Part shown: positions 19,622 through 28,379 of the stretch, one piece after another
Layout of the letters: every line of letters starts with the position of its first letter
Numbering within the stretch: the stretch's first letter is position 1
DNA from: Spirochaetia bacterium
Lineage (GTDB): Bacteria > Spirochaetota > Spirochaetia > CADAEX01
Direction: 5' to 3'
Length of the DNA stretch: 64,000 nucleotides
Assembly: GCA_963662795.1 (NCBI GenBank)
Contig: OY759746.1
Location: forward strand, 768,001-832,000
The notes under the pieces: generated by a model
What the model saw: only the letters and a program-made list of their open reading frames with translations
Told to the model about the DNA's origin: nothing
The model's database searches: none
Program-made: the position numbers and the translations under genes

Positions 19622-19659
19622 AAAAAAAGACCTGTATATTGATTAAATCAATATACAGG
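19622..19659 (-). terminator. Terminator of transketolase operon
   Basis: Perfect 14 bp inverted repeat CCTGTATATTGATT-A-AATCAATATACAGG with a T run on the minus strand. Confidence 0.75.
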
Positions 19660-19696
19660 CCGGTTGTTATTTAATACTTAATAACAGTTTGTTGTT

Positions 19697-20659
19697 TTAT
19701 CCTCCGCAGCAGGAGCACTTACCTTTTGCAAGGAATTTTCTGCAGGTATCTGCGATCTGCGGTCCGAGAAGTCCGTAAAGACCGATCAGCTCATCATAAG
19801 GGCCGTTGCTTCCGAACTGGTCGTTAACGCCTATCATCCGCATCTCTGTCGGGCAGTTCTGTGCGAGAAGTTCAGCTATTGCTCCGCCCAGTCCTCCGTT
19901 TGTATAATGCTCTTCAACAGTTACAATTTTTCCAGTCTCTTCAGCTGCCTTTAAAATAAGTTCATTGTCAAGCGGCTTGATTGTGTGGATATTGATAAGC
20001 CTTACGCTCACTCCCTCTTTCTCCAGAATGTCGGCAGCTTCAGCTGCGCGGCAGAGGACTGTGCCTGTTCCGATTATGGTTATATCTCTGCCCTCTTTCA
20101 TGGTTATCCCTTTTCCGAGCTGGAATTTGTATTTTGACTCATCAAAAAGGACCGGCATGGGATCGCTTCCGATTTTCATGAATACAGGGCCTACATGCTC
20201 AATCATGGCAAGGGTTGCTGCCTTGATTTCAACCGGGTCGCCGGGATTCAGGATTGTCATTCCGGGAATTGTTCTCATCAGTGCTACATCTTCAAGAGAC
20301 TGATGTGTCGGGCCGAGATGATAATAGGAAAGCCCTGCGCATCTTCCAACTACCTTTACATTCTGCTTCATGTAGCCGAGATCAACTTTCATCTGGTCAA
20401 AGTTTCTTCCTGTAACAAACGGGGCTATTGTCGCGAATACCGGTATTTTTCCGGTTGTTGCAAGCCCTGCGCATATTCCTGTAATACCAGGTTCCATTAT
20501 CCCGAATTCAAGATGTCTTTCCGGGAATTTATTTTTAAACATTGTCATCTGGGAGCCGCTTGATGAGTCAGCAGATATTGCCATTACCCTGCTGTTTTTT
20601 TCTCCTGCTTCCGCAAGGGCTTCCCCGAAGGTTTTTCTGGGATCTTTTTTATCACTCAT
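19697..20659 (-). CDS. Transketolase, C-terminal subunit (split type)
   Basis: GIME, GPTHQSLED, TIKPLD and VTVEEH..GGLG motifs. Confidence 0.9.
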   Translation of the reverse strand: MSDKKDPRKTFGEALAEAGEKNSRVMAISADSSSGSQMTMFKNKFPERHLEFGIMEPGITGICAGLATTGKIPVFATIAPFVTGRNFDQMKVDLGYMKQNVKVVGRCAGLSYYHLGPTHQSLEDVALMRTIPGMTILNPGDPVEIKAATLAMIEHVGPVFMKIGSDPMPVLFDESKYKFQLGKGITMKEGRDITIIGTGTVLCRAAEAADILEKEGVSVRLINIHTIKPLDNELILKAAEETGKIVTVEEHYTNGGLGGAIAELLAQNCPTEMRMIGVNDQFGSNGPYDELIGLYGLLGPQIADTCRKFLAKGKCSCCGG

Positions 20660-21510
20660 GCTCCAAGCTCCTTTGCAACTGCATCTAATTCTTTTTCTGC
20701 CTGCACAACCTGTTCAGGACTTACCTTCCAGTAATGTGAAGCAGCTGTATCCTGAAGGAAGGAAATGCCCTTGGCCTTAAGGGTATTGCAGATAATAAGA
20801 GACGGTTTACCTTTTTCAAAAGGCGCATCAGTCAGTGTATCTACAATTTCTTTCAGGTTGTGCCCGTCGATTGAGCGGGTACTCCATCCAAAAGCCTTCC
20901 ATTTGTCAGCAAGAGGTTCGAAGTTCATGACATCGTTAGTTTTACCTCCAAGCTGGAATTTATTTCTGTCAACCATCACAACAAGATTGTCAGTCTTATG
21001 GTGGCTTGCAGCAGCTGCCGCTTCCCAGTTTGTCCCTTCTCCAAGTTCGCCGTCGCCCATGATTACATAAACTTTTGAGGAACTCTTGTCTATTCTTAGT
21101 CCTACAGCCATTCCGACCGCAATCGGGAGTCCGTGGCCCAGAGAGCCTGTATTGCTTTCTATACCAGGCAGCTTGTGCATATCAGGATGCCCCGGGAGTT
21201 TTGAATTAAGTTTGAAATAAGTATTGAAAAGATCTTTGCTGAAAAACCCAAGTTCCGCAAGAACAGCATAAACAATAAGGCATTTATGCCCTGCGGACAT
21301 GAGGAATCTGTCCCTGTCCTCCCTTTTCGGGTTTTTAGGGTCAATATTTTTCAGCACTTTATAGTAGAGCGCAGTCATAAGCTCTGTGGCAGACAGGGCA
21401 CCGCCGATATGGCCCGCATCTCCTGCCTTAATAATCGCAAGAACGTTTTTTCTCAGCTGAACAGCTCTTTTTTTAAGTTCAAGCTCTTCCGCATCTGTAA
21501 GTTTATACAT
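20656..21510 (-). CDS. Transketolase, N-terminal (ThDP-binding) subunit
   Basis: GHIGG, DRF..SAGH, GHP, TGSLGHG and GDGE..EG..WE motifs. Confidence 0.9.
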   Translation of the reverse strand: MYKLTDAEELELKKRAVQLRKNVLAIIKAGDAGHIGGALSATELMTALYYKVLKNIDPKNPKREDRDRFLMSAGHKCLIVYAVLAELGFFSKDLFNTYFKLNSKLPGHPDMHKLPGIESNTGSLGHGLPIAVGMAVGLRIDKSSSKVYVIMGDGELGEGTNWEAAAAASHHKTDNLVVMVDRNKFQLGGKTNDVMNFEPLADKWKAFGWSTRSIDGHNLKEIVDTLTDAPFEKGKPSLIICNTLKAKGISFLQDTAASHYWKVSPEQVVQAEKELDAVAKELGA

Positions 21511-21523
21511 TTAGCATCCTCCG

Positions 21524-21967
21524 CTATTTTATATGCTCGTTATCATAAGTTTTATACCTGTTAACCTTGGGTTCTGATCTGCTGCCGTCTTCCCATTTTA
21601 CAGACATCCATGCCTTTACCAGCGCCTTCATATGCTCTATTCCGCAGGTCTGCGCACCAAGACACATGATGTTTGCATTATTACTCAGGATTGATCTTTC
21701 TGTTGAATAGACATCTGTACAGAGGGCCGCATAAGCTCCGTGTACCTTGTTTGCTGCTATGCTCATACCGATACCTGTTCCACAGAGCAGTATTCCTCTT
21801 TCCTGCCTGCCTGAAGCTACAGCTTCAGCTACTTTAAATGCTACATTTGCATATATCGCATCTGTGCTGCCGTAATCCTCAAATTCATGTCCAAGGTCAG
21901 TCAGAACTTTTTTTACAGCTTCTTTCTGATCTGCTGCATTTGGATCGCATCCAATAGCTAACTTCAT
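21524..21967 (-). CDS. RpiB/LacAB-family sugar-phosphate isomerase, DerI-like
   Basis: CGTGIGMSIAANKV present; RSILSNNAN instead of the RxHNN of true RpiB; lacks the DH motif (GCDPNA). Confidence 0.85.
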   Translation of the reverse strand: MKLAIGCDPNAADQKEAVKKVLTDLGHEFEDYGSTDAIYANVAFKVAEAVASGRQERGILLCGTGIGMSIAANKVHGAYAALCTDVYSTERSILSNNANIMCLGAQTCGIEHMKALVKAWMSVKWEDGSRSEPKVNRYKTYDNEHIK

Positions 21968-22024
21968 AATTATCTCCTCCTGAATGTAAAATACTTATAT
22001 TTTATTACTGGTCTCTTTACCCAG

Positions 22025-22447
22025 TTAATTCTCCCTTTTATAATACTTTTTTTCAATATACTTCCTTACTGCAACAGCATCCTTTTTATTATATCTTGCA
22101 AGCGGCCTATTATTCTTTGCCGGCTCGAAGTCTGAAAATGCTATAGCTGCCTGAGAAATGGAAAATATGTTTTCAGGTGAATCCAGTTTGTCCATAAACC
22201 ATATACCGATGACAGTTCCCTTCATTTTTTCGCCCGTAATTTCCCCCGCGGCAATATAACTGCCGGGATAATTTTCCGAAGGAATTGAATAGCAGTTTGA
22301 CAGAAGAAGATTTTCTGCCAGATGATCCGATAAAATGTTCACTGCTGAAGCAGGTGTTTTTTCAACAGGATTAAATGCCTTTTCTCTGCAGGCTGTAAAT
22401 ATTAATCCGGTCAGCAGCAATAATCCTAAATATATTGTCTTTTTCAT
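22025..22447 (-). CDS. Hypothetical lipoprotein
   Basis: MKK + hydrophobic core + FTAC lipobox. Confidence 0.7.
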   Translation of the reverse strand: MKKTIYLGLLLLTGLIFTACREKAFNPVEKTPASAVNILSDHLAENLLLSNCYSIPSENYPGSYIAAGEITGEKMKGTVIGIWFMDKLDSPENIFSISQAAIAFSDFEPAKNNRPLARYNKKDAVAVRKYIEKKYYKREN

Positions 22448-22465
22448 TCTTTTCCCTGATAACGG

Positions 22466-22645
22466 CTACTTTATTATTTTTGCCAGAAGAAGTGCAGCGG
22501 CAATTGAAAAAATACCTGTCAATAATGCGATAAGCCATGGATTATATCCCATCGCCTGCCCATAACTGTTTCCAATTACAACACCTGTAATTCCGCCTAT
22601 TCCGCCGCCTATTATTCCCGCTGTCAATGCTTTCCTTCTTTCCAT
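22466..22645 (-). CDS. Small (59 aa) glycine-zipper membrane protein, absent from ORF track
   Basis: GGAG RBS; MERRKALTAGIIGGGIGGITGVVIGNSYGQAMGYNPWLIALLTGIFSIAAALLLAKIIK*; two hydrophobic segments; directly upstream of the lipoprotein gene. Confidence 0.7.
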   Translation of the reverse strand: MERRKALTAGIIGGGIGGITGVVIGNSYGQAMGYNPWLIALLTGIFSIAAALLLAKIIK

Positions 22646-22767
22646 AACTTCTCCAGTTAAACATATCGCACTTGTCTACATATGTACAAGTCTTATGATA
22701 GACTACAACCGGTATTTTATCAAGAACCTGACTTTTAAACTGAAATTTTTTTCCTGTAAAAAAAAAC

Positions 22768-22795
22768 TTGACAATCTGTATTTGTGGTTTATGAT
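22768..22795 (+). promoter_or_regulatory. Promoter of permease-kinase copy 1
   Basis: A-tract + TTGACA-16 bp-TATGAT. Confidence 0.55.
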
Positions 22796-22943
22796 TAATT
22801 ATCATAATCGTGAACATTATTTACAAAACATATATTTTATATGTACTTAATGTTTTCTAAATAATATTTTTCAAAATACTTACACCTTAAAAAACCCTGC
22901 GTATACAGGTTTATTTTATTATTATTTTTTAAGGAGGAATCTT

Positions 22944-24365
22944 ATGGCAAATGCTACCCAAAGAGAAGGCACCGAGATGGTTAAAGGGATTAGTTTTATC
23001 GGCCTTGTCGCTCTTGCCAGCGGTACAGTTACAGGCGTCGGATTTCTTATGATGAGCGGCGACATTGTCGCCAGTGTTGGCAGTTTCAACCTGATTTGGT
23101 GTTACGTGATCGGAATGGCTGCAGAAATTATAGCCATGATGGCGACAGCTACCGTAGCTTCCAGTTATCCCTCGGCAGGAAGCGTTACGACCTATGCCAG
23201 AAAAATTATAGGCAGCGATACGCTGGGCTTTCTTACGGCAGTGGCCCTGTGGCTCGGCATGATCTCAATTGACGGTGCAGAGCTTATGGCACTCGGAAGA
23301 TATATTTATTACTTTCTTCCGCAAATTCATTACTACTGGTGGGGACTTGCAGTTACTGTAATCTTCATTATTATCAACCTCGCAGGTGTAGTAATGACAT
23401 CAAGGACACAGTCAATTCTTGGTATAATAATGTGGTCATGTCTGATTGCAGTTCCAATTGCAGTTCTTACATCAGGCAAGGCAAACCTTGCATACTGGAC
23501 AGTTCTCAAGGAAACAATCGGGTTATCAGACTGGATGACAGCCATCTTTTTCGGTGTTTACTGCTATGTCGGTTTTGTAACAATACTTCCTGCAGCAGAA
23601 GAAACAATTAATCCTGAGAAAAGAATCCCTGCAGCAATGCTTGTCGGAACACTCATTACAGGGTTTCTCTATATTTCCGGCGGTCTTGCAGTTATTGCGT
23701 TAAGACCTGAAAATGAGCTGCTTGCACTTGCACCTGAAGGACCTTTTGCGTCTGTATGGGTTAAAGCCATGGAAGTATTATGGAATGGAAAAGGCGCAGT
23801 TTTCATGAACTTTGCAGCTATTTCAACTTCTCTTACAACTGCCAATGCATGTGTATACGGCGGAGCGAGAATGCTTTACGGAATGTCAAGAGAAAGACAG
23901 CTTCCTGCAGTTTTCAGAAAAATTAATCCGGGACACAAAACCCCTACAATTCCAATTCTTGTAACCGGTGTTTTTATCCTCTTCTGTGTTATTTCAGGCG
24001 CTATCAGAATTGTATCTGTAATTGCCAACTTTGTATTCTTCCCTCTCTGGCTGGTTATTGCTATCGCTTCGTATCAAAACCTCTCTAATATCAAGAAAAG
24101 CGGAAAGAGCTATAAGGAAACGATCCCGTTTTATGTTCCCGGTGGAAGAATCTGGGCCTTTTTAACCATTGTCATATCAATAGGGTTTACAATTGTTACT
24201 TTTCTCGCGACAGACGATGTTGTTATCGGCGGTGGAATTGCGGTCGCATTTTTCGCAATCTGCTGGATATATTACGTCTGGTGGAAAAACTACAATAAAA
24301 AACAGGGTATTGATATCGTAGCTGAAGCGGCAAAATACGAATCAATTCCAGGAGACTGGAAGTAG
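22944..24365 (+). CDS. APC-family amino acid/amine permease (copy 1)
   Basis: About 12 TM segments; G.VTGVG, YPSAG, YVGF...AEE..NP and ARMLYGMSRE..LP motifs. Confidence 0.9.
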   Translation: MANATQREGTEMVKGISFIGLVALASGTVTGVGFLMMSGDIVASVGSFNLIWCYVIGMAAEIIAMMATATVASSYPSAGSVTTYARKIIGSDTLGFLTAVALWLGMISIDGAELMALGRYIYYFLPQIHYYWWGLAVTVIFIIINLAGVVMTSRTQSILGIIMWSCLIAVPIAVLTSGKANLAYWTVLKETIGLSDWMTAIFFGVYCYVGFVTILPAAEETINPEKRIPAAMLVGTLITGFLYISGGLAVIALRPENELLALAPEGPFASVWVKAMEVLWNGKGAVFMNFAAISTSLTTANACVYGGARMLYGMSRERQLPAVFRKINPGHKTPTIPILVTGVFILFCVISGAIRIVSVIANFVFFPLWLVIAIASYQNLSNIKKSGKSYKETIPFYVPGGRIWAFLTIVISIGFTIVTFLATDDVVIGGGIAVAFFAICWIYYVWWKNYNKKQGIDIVAEAAKYESIPGDWK

Positions 24366-24389
24366 GAATTACTATGTAATTTTATTATC

Positions 24390-24430
24390 AAAAAGAAACC
24401 TGAGAAATCATATTCCAGGTTTCTTTTTTT
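24390..24430 (+). terminator. Terminator-like hairpin between permease 1 and kinase 1
   Basis: AAAAAGAAACCTG...CAGGTTTCTTTTTTT. Confidence 0.65.
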
Positions 24431-24467
24431 AAATTGGAGATTCACAAAAATCTTCAGGAGGTTAAAA

Positions 24468-25421
24468 GTGACTGAAAAACTGAATCTGCTCCAGGCTGGA
24501 TTAACAGAAAAAAATATTGAAGATCTTATCCCGGAATGGAAAGGGTGCAATATTGATGTATCAGTTCTGAGCGGAGGAATAACCAATAAACTTTACCGGG
24601 CAAAATGTGAAAAAGGCGATGTCGCGATCAGAATATACGGCGACAAGACAGAAATGTTTATCAACAGGGACAGGGAAGCCCATGCCCTTCAGCAGATGGC
24701 TGATGCGGGAATATCTTCAAAACTAATTAAATATCTGCCGGAACACCATATTACTATTGTTGAATTTATAACAGGAAGCTATACACTTAAAAACAGCGAT
24801 TTTCTGAAAGATGAACTCAGGGAAACAATTATAGACCCTGTAAGACGTATCCACTCAAGCGGGGCAGTCCTTGATTATATTTTCAACCCATATGAGCAGT
24901 GTATTAAAATGTATAACATCTTAAATAATCTTAACGTCTCATTTCCGGAATTTGACATTGATGGAACCCTTGTAAAATTCAAGGTTCTTATTGATAAAAT
25001 AAACATACCTGTAAAAGATTATGTAATAACACATAATGATCTTCTCGCAGACAATTTTATTCTTGTTACTGATGAATATAAAGATAAGTTTGAGCAGCCT
25101 CTTTACATAATCGACTGGGAATACGGAGGGATGGGGCCGAAATATTATGACCTCGCCGATATGTTCCAGGAAATTCTGGTACCAAGGGATGTTGAATTGA
25201 AAATTACCGAAAGCTACTGCGAAGGAAGAGATTTCGATAAGGTACTTTATTACATAGACATGTTCAAACCGTTTCCTGATATTTACTGGTTTCTGTGGAG
25301 TCTTATTCAGAAAACTGTTTCAAAAATAGATTTTGATTTTTATAAATACGGAAATATTAAATATGATAATGCCCAGAAAAATATGAAATTCCTTGCAACT
25401 GAATACGGCATAAAATATTAG
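24468..25421 (+). CDS. Choline/ethanolamine kinase-family phosphotransferase (LicA-like), copy 1
   Basis: LSGGITN, INRDRE, Brenner motif HNDLLADN and IDWEYGGMG..YYDLA; GTG start after GGAGG. Confidence 0.85.
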   Translation: MTEKLNLLQAGLTEKNIEDLIPEWKGCNIDVSVLSGGITNKLYRAKCEKGDVAIRIYGDKTEMFINRDREAHALQQMADAGISSKLIKYLPEHHITIVEFITGSYTLKNSDFLKDELRETIIDPVRRIHSSGAVLDYIFNPYEQCIKMYNILNNLNVSFPEFDIDGTLVKFKVLIDKINIPVKDYVITHNDLLADNFILVTDEYKDKFEQPLYIIDWEYGGMGPKYYDLADMFQEILVPRDVELKITESYCEGRDFDKVLYYIDMFKPFPDIYWFLWSLIQKTVSKIDFDFYKYGNIKYDNAQKNMKFLATEYGIKY

Positions 25422-25466
25422 GCACAGGATTTTCTTGATTTAATCAACCTGTTTAGTTAAAATTAC

Positions 25467-25492
25467 CCGGCTGTAAGCAGCAGCCGGTTTTT
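25467..25492 (+). terminator. Rho-independent terminator
   Basis: CCGGCTG-7 nt-CAGCCGG followed by TTTTT. Confidence 0.7.
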
Positions 25493-25633
25493 AGTTCCGC
25501 TTATTAAATATATTCAAACTGCAAAAGTTGCTGTTATTCTACTGTTCCAGCCGGATTATTGCTTCTTTACGGATAGATCTCTTCAATCTTTCCTGGTTCT
25601 CTTTTAACTGTTCATTCTTTTGTCTGAAAAAAC

Positions 25634-25661
25634 TTGACAAACAGCTATTTTAGTTTAGCAT
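25634..25661 (+). promoter_or_regulatory. Promoter of permease-kinase copy 2
   Basis: A-tract + TTGACA-16 bp-TAGCAT, same architecture as copy 1. Confidence 0.5.
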
Positions 25662-25781
25662 TAGAATAATATTCATTAATGTACAAAATAAACTTATTCA
25701 TGTTCTTTATGTTTATTAATGTCATTCCGCCAGATCGTTTTATGGCTGTTATAACAAATTTATTATAAAAAAAGGAGGCCT

Positions 25782-27230
25782 ATGCCGGAATCTGCCCCCA
25801 GGGAAGGGACCAGAATGATAAAAGGAATCAACTTTATTGGCCTGGTTGCCCTTGCCAGCGGAACTGTTACAGGTGTCGGATTTCTCATGATGAGCGGCGA
25901 TATTGTCGCCTCTGTCGGAAGCATCAACCTTGTCTGGTGCTATGCAATAGGAATGGCAGCTGAACTTATCGCAATGCTAAGTACCGCAACAATAGCCTCC
26001 TGCTACCCCTCTGCAGGAAGTGTGGCAACCTATGCAAGAAAATTAATCGGCAGCGATACGCTCGGTTTTCTTACGGCAATTGCCCTCTGGCTCGGCATGA
26101 TTGCCATTGACGGAGCTGAACTGATGGCTCTTGGAAGATATATTTATTTCTTTTTTCCCCAGATTCATTACTACTGGTGGGGCTTCATTGTAACACTTAT
26201 CTTCATCGGAATAAATCTTTTTGGAGTAGTCTTGACTTCAAGGACCCAGTCTGTACTCGGGATTCTGATGTGGTCTGCTCTCATCGCCGTCCCCCTCGCT
26301 GTTCTCTCTTCAGGAAAAGCTGATATTACCTATTGGACAGTGCTCAGGGAATCCATCGGATTTACTGACTGGATGACGGCAATCTTTTTCGGTGTTTACT
26401 GTTATGTTGGTTTTGTTACAATCCTGCCGGCAGCGGAGGAAACGGAAGAACCTGAAAAGAAAATACCGGCAGCCCTTGTTACAGGAACAGTTATCACCGG
26501 GATACTGTACATTTCCGGAGGTCTTGCCATAATCAGCCTGAGACCGGAAAATGAACTTCTCGCGCTTGCTCCGGAAGGGCCGTTCGCAAGTGTCTGGGTA
26601 AAGGCGATGGAGGCATTATGGGAGGGGAAAGGCGCCGTATTCATGAACTGGGCTGCAATATCAACCGCCCTTACAACGGCTAACGCATGCATATACGGCG
26701 GCGCAAGAATGCTTTACGGAATGGCAAGGGAAAGACAGCTGCCTGAAGCATTCAGAAGAGTCAGCCAGAAATACAAGACGCCGACAGTACCTATACTTGT
26801 CACCGGCGTATTTATCCTTTTTTCAGTATTTTCAGGAGCAATCAGGGTTGTTTCAGTAATTGCCAATTTCGTCTTTTTTCCACTCTGGCTGGTTATAGCT
26901 ATTGCATCATTTATCAATCTCTCAAACATAAAGGCCAACGGAAAAAATTACAGAGATGTAATACCTTTCTATGTACCGGGAGGGAGACTCTGGCCCGTGC
27001 TTTCCATTATAATGTCATCAGCTTTAACAATATTGACATTTCTTGCTAGAGACGATGTAGTAATGGGCGGATCGATTGCGGTGCTTTTTCTGGTTATATG
27101 CTGGTCTTACTATGTGTGGTGGAAAAACTATAACAGGAAGCAGGGGATTGATATTGTGGCAGAAGCAGCCAGACACGAATCAATTTACACGGACTGGCAC
27201 CGGAAATCTGCCGGATTTAATAAGAAATAA
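25782..27230 (+). CDS. APC-family amino acid/amine permease (copy 2)
   Basis: Colinear paralog of 22944-24365 with long identical peptide runs. Confidence 0.9.
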   Translation: MPESAPREGTRMIKGINFIGLVALASGTVTGVGFLMMSGDIVASVGSINLVWCYAIGMAAELIAMLSTATIASCYPSAGSVATYARKLIGSDTLGFLTAIALWLGMIAIDGAELMALGRYIYFFFPQIHYYWWGFIVTLIFIGINLFGVVLTSRTQSVLGILMWSALIAVPLAVLSSGKADITYWTVLRESIGFTDWMTAIFFGVYCYVGFVTILPAAEETEEPEKKIPAALVTGTVITGILYISGGLAIISLRPENELLALAPEGPFASVWVKAMEALWEGKGAVFMNWAAISTALTTANACIYGGARMLYGMARERQLPEAFRRVSQKYKTPTVPILVTGVFILFSVFSGAIRVVSVIANFVFFPLWLVIAIASFINLSNIKANGKNYRDVIPFYVPGGRLWPVLSIIMSSALTILTFLARDDVVMGGSIAVLFLVICWSYYVWWKNYNRKQGIDIVAEAARHESIYTDWHRKSAGFNKK

Positions 27231-27312
27231 TAAGAGATACTGATAATAGTTTTATTTCAGGCTCACTTATTGGATATATATTTACAGAGATTATTTTTCA
27301 GGAGGCTGACTG

Positions 27313-28266
27313 ATGTCAGAAAAACCTAATCTGCTCGAAGTGGAGTTTACGGAAGAAATTGTCGCAGATCTTTTACCGGAATGGAAAGGGAGCGATATTG
27401 ATGTATCGGTTTTGAGCGGAGGAATTACCAACAAGCTTTACAGGGCCAGATGCAGCAAGGGTGATGTCGCCATAAGAATTTACGGTGATAAAACAGAAAT
27501 GTTTATCAACAGGGACAGGGAGGCTCATGCGCTTCAGCAGATGGCGGATGCCGGAATTACTTCCAAACTTATCAAATATCTGCCGGACAGAAATGTAACA
27601 ATTGTAGAATTTATAACCGGCAGTTATACAATGAAGAACAGCGACTTTTTGAAAGATGAACTTCGGGAAACAATAATGGATCCGGTTAGACGTATCCACT
27701 CAAGCGGAGCAGTGCTGGACTACATTTTCAACCCGTATGAACAATGTATTAAAATGAACAATATTTTAAAGAAACTCAACGTTACTTTCCCCGAATATGA
27801 TATTGAAGGGACCCTCGCAAAGCTAAAAATACTCAATGAGAAAATAAATATACCAATCAGGGATTATGTAATAACGCATAACGATCTTCTGGCGGATAAT
27901 TTTATCCTTGTTACAGATGAGTATAAAGACAGGTTTGAGCAGCCTATTTATATTATAGACTGGGAATATGGAGGAATGGGGCCGAAATACTATGATTTAG
28001 CTGATATGTTCCAGGAGATTCTTGTACCGCGTGATGCCGAGCTTAAAATTGTTGAAAGCTACTGTGAAGGAAAGGATTTCGAAAAAGTGCTTTATTACAT
28101 TGACATGTTCAAACCTTTCCCCGATATTTACTGGTTTCTCTGGAGCCTTATCCAGAAAACTGTTTCAACTATTGAATTTGATTTTTATACTTACGGCAGG
28201 ATTAAATATGATAACGCCCAAAACAATATTAAATACCTGCAGAAGGAATACGGAGTAAAAATCTAA
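27313..28266 (+). CDS. Choline/ethanolamine kinase-family phosphotransferase, copy 2
   Basis: Same length (317 aa) and identical catalytic motifs to copy 1. Confidence 0.85.
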   Translation: MSEKPNLLEVEFTEEIVADLLPEWKGSDIDVSVLSGGITNKLYRARCSKGDVAIRIYGDKTEMFINRDREAHALQQMADAGITSKLIKYLPDRNVTIVEFITGSYTMKNSDFLKDELRETIMDPVRRIHSSGAVLDYIFNPYEQCIKMNNILKKLNVTFPEYDIEGTLAKLKILNEKINIPIRDYVITHNDLLADNFILVTDEYKDRFEQPIYIIDWEYGGMGPKYYDLADMFQEILVPRDAELKIVESYCEGKDFEKVLYYIDMFKPFPDIYWFLWSLIQKTVSTIEFDFYTYGRIKYDNAQNNIKYLQKEYGVKI

Positions 28267-28292
28267 AATCTTTTAATCTGCCTGCAGAATCG

Positions 28293-28333
28293 AAAGAACC
28301 GGTACCTGTCAGACAGAAAATACCGGTTCTTTT
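28293..28333. terminator. Bidirectional terminator between convergent genes
   Basis: AAAGAACCGGTA...TACCGGTTCTTT inverted repeat. Confidence 0.75.
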
Positions 28334-28379
28334 AATCAGGTGAAAGTACTATTGTATTAACTGTTCATCGGACGGTTAA

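Noticed and set aside
22542-22817. 91 aa minus-strand ORF with NRRRNRRN repeats
   Set aside because: Out-of-frame reading of the 59 aa glycine-zipper gene and of promoter DNA
25538-25640. Short minus-strand ORF (..KNEQLKENQERLKRSIRKEAIIRLEQ*)
   Set aside because: About 34 codons, no convincing RBS, overlaps the copy-2 promoter; may be a gene remnant but cannot be supported
22944-28266. Duplication as an assembly artefact
   Set aside because: Copies differ at many synonymous and intergenic positions, so they are true paralogs
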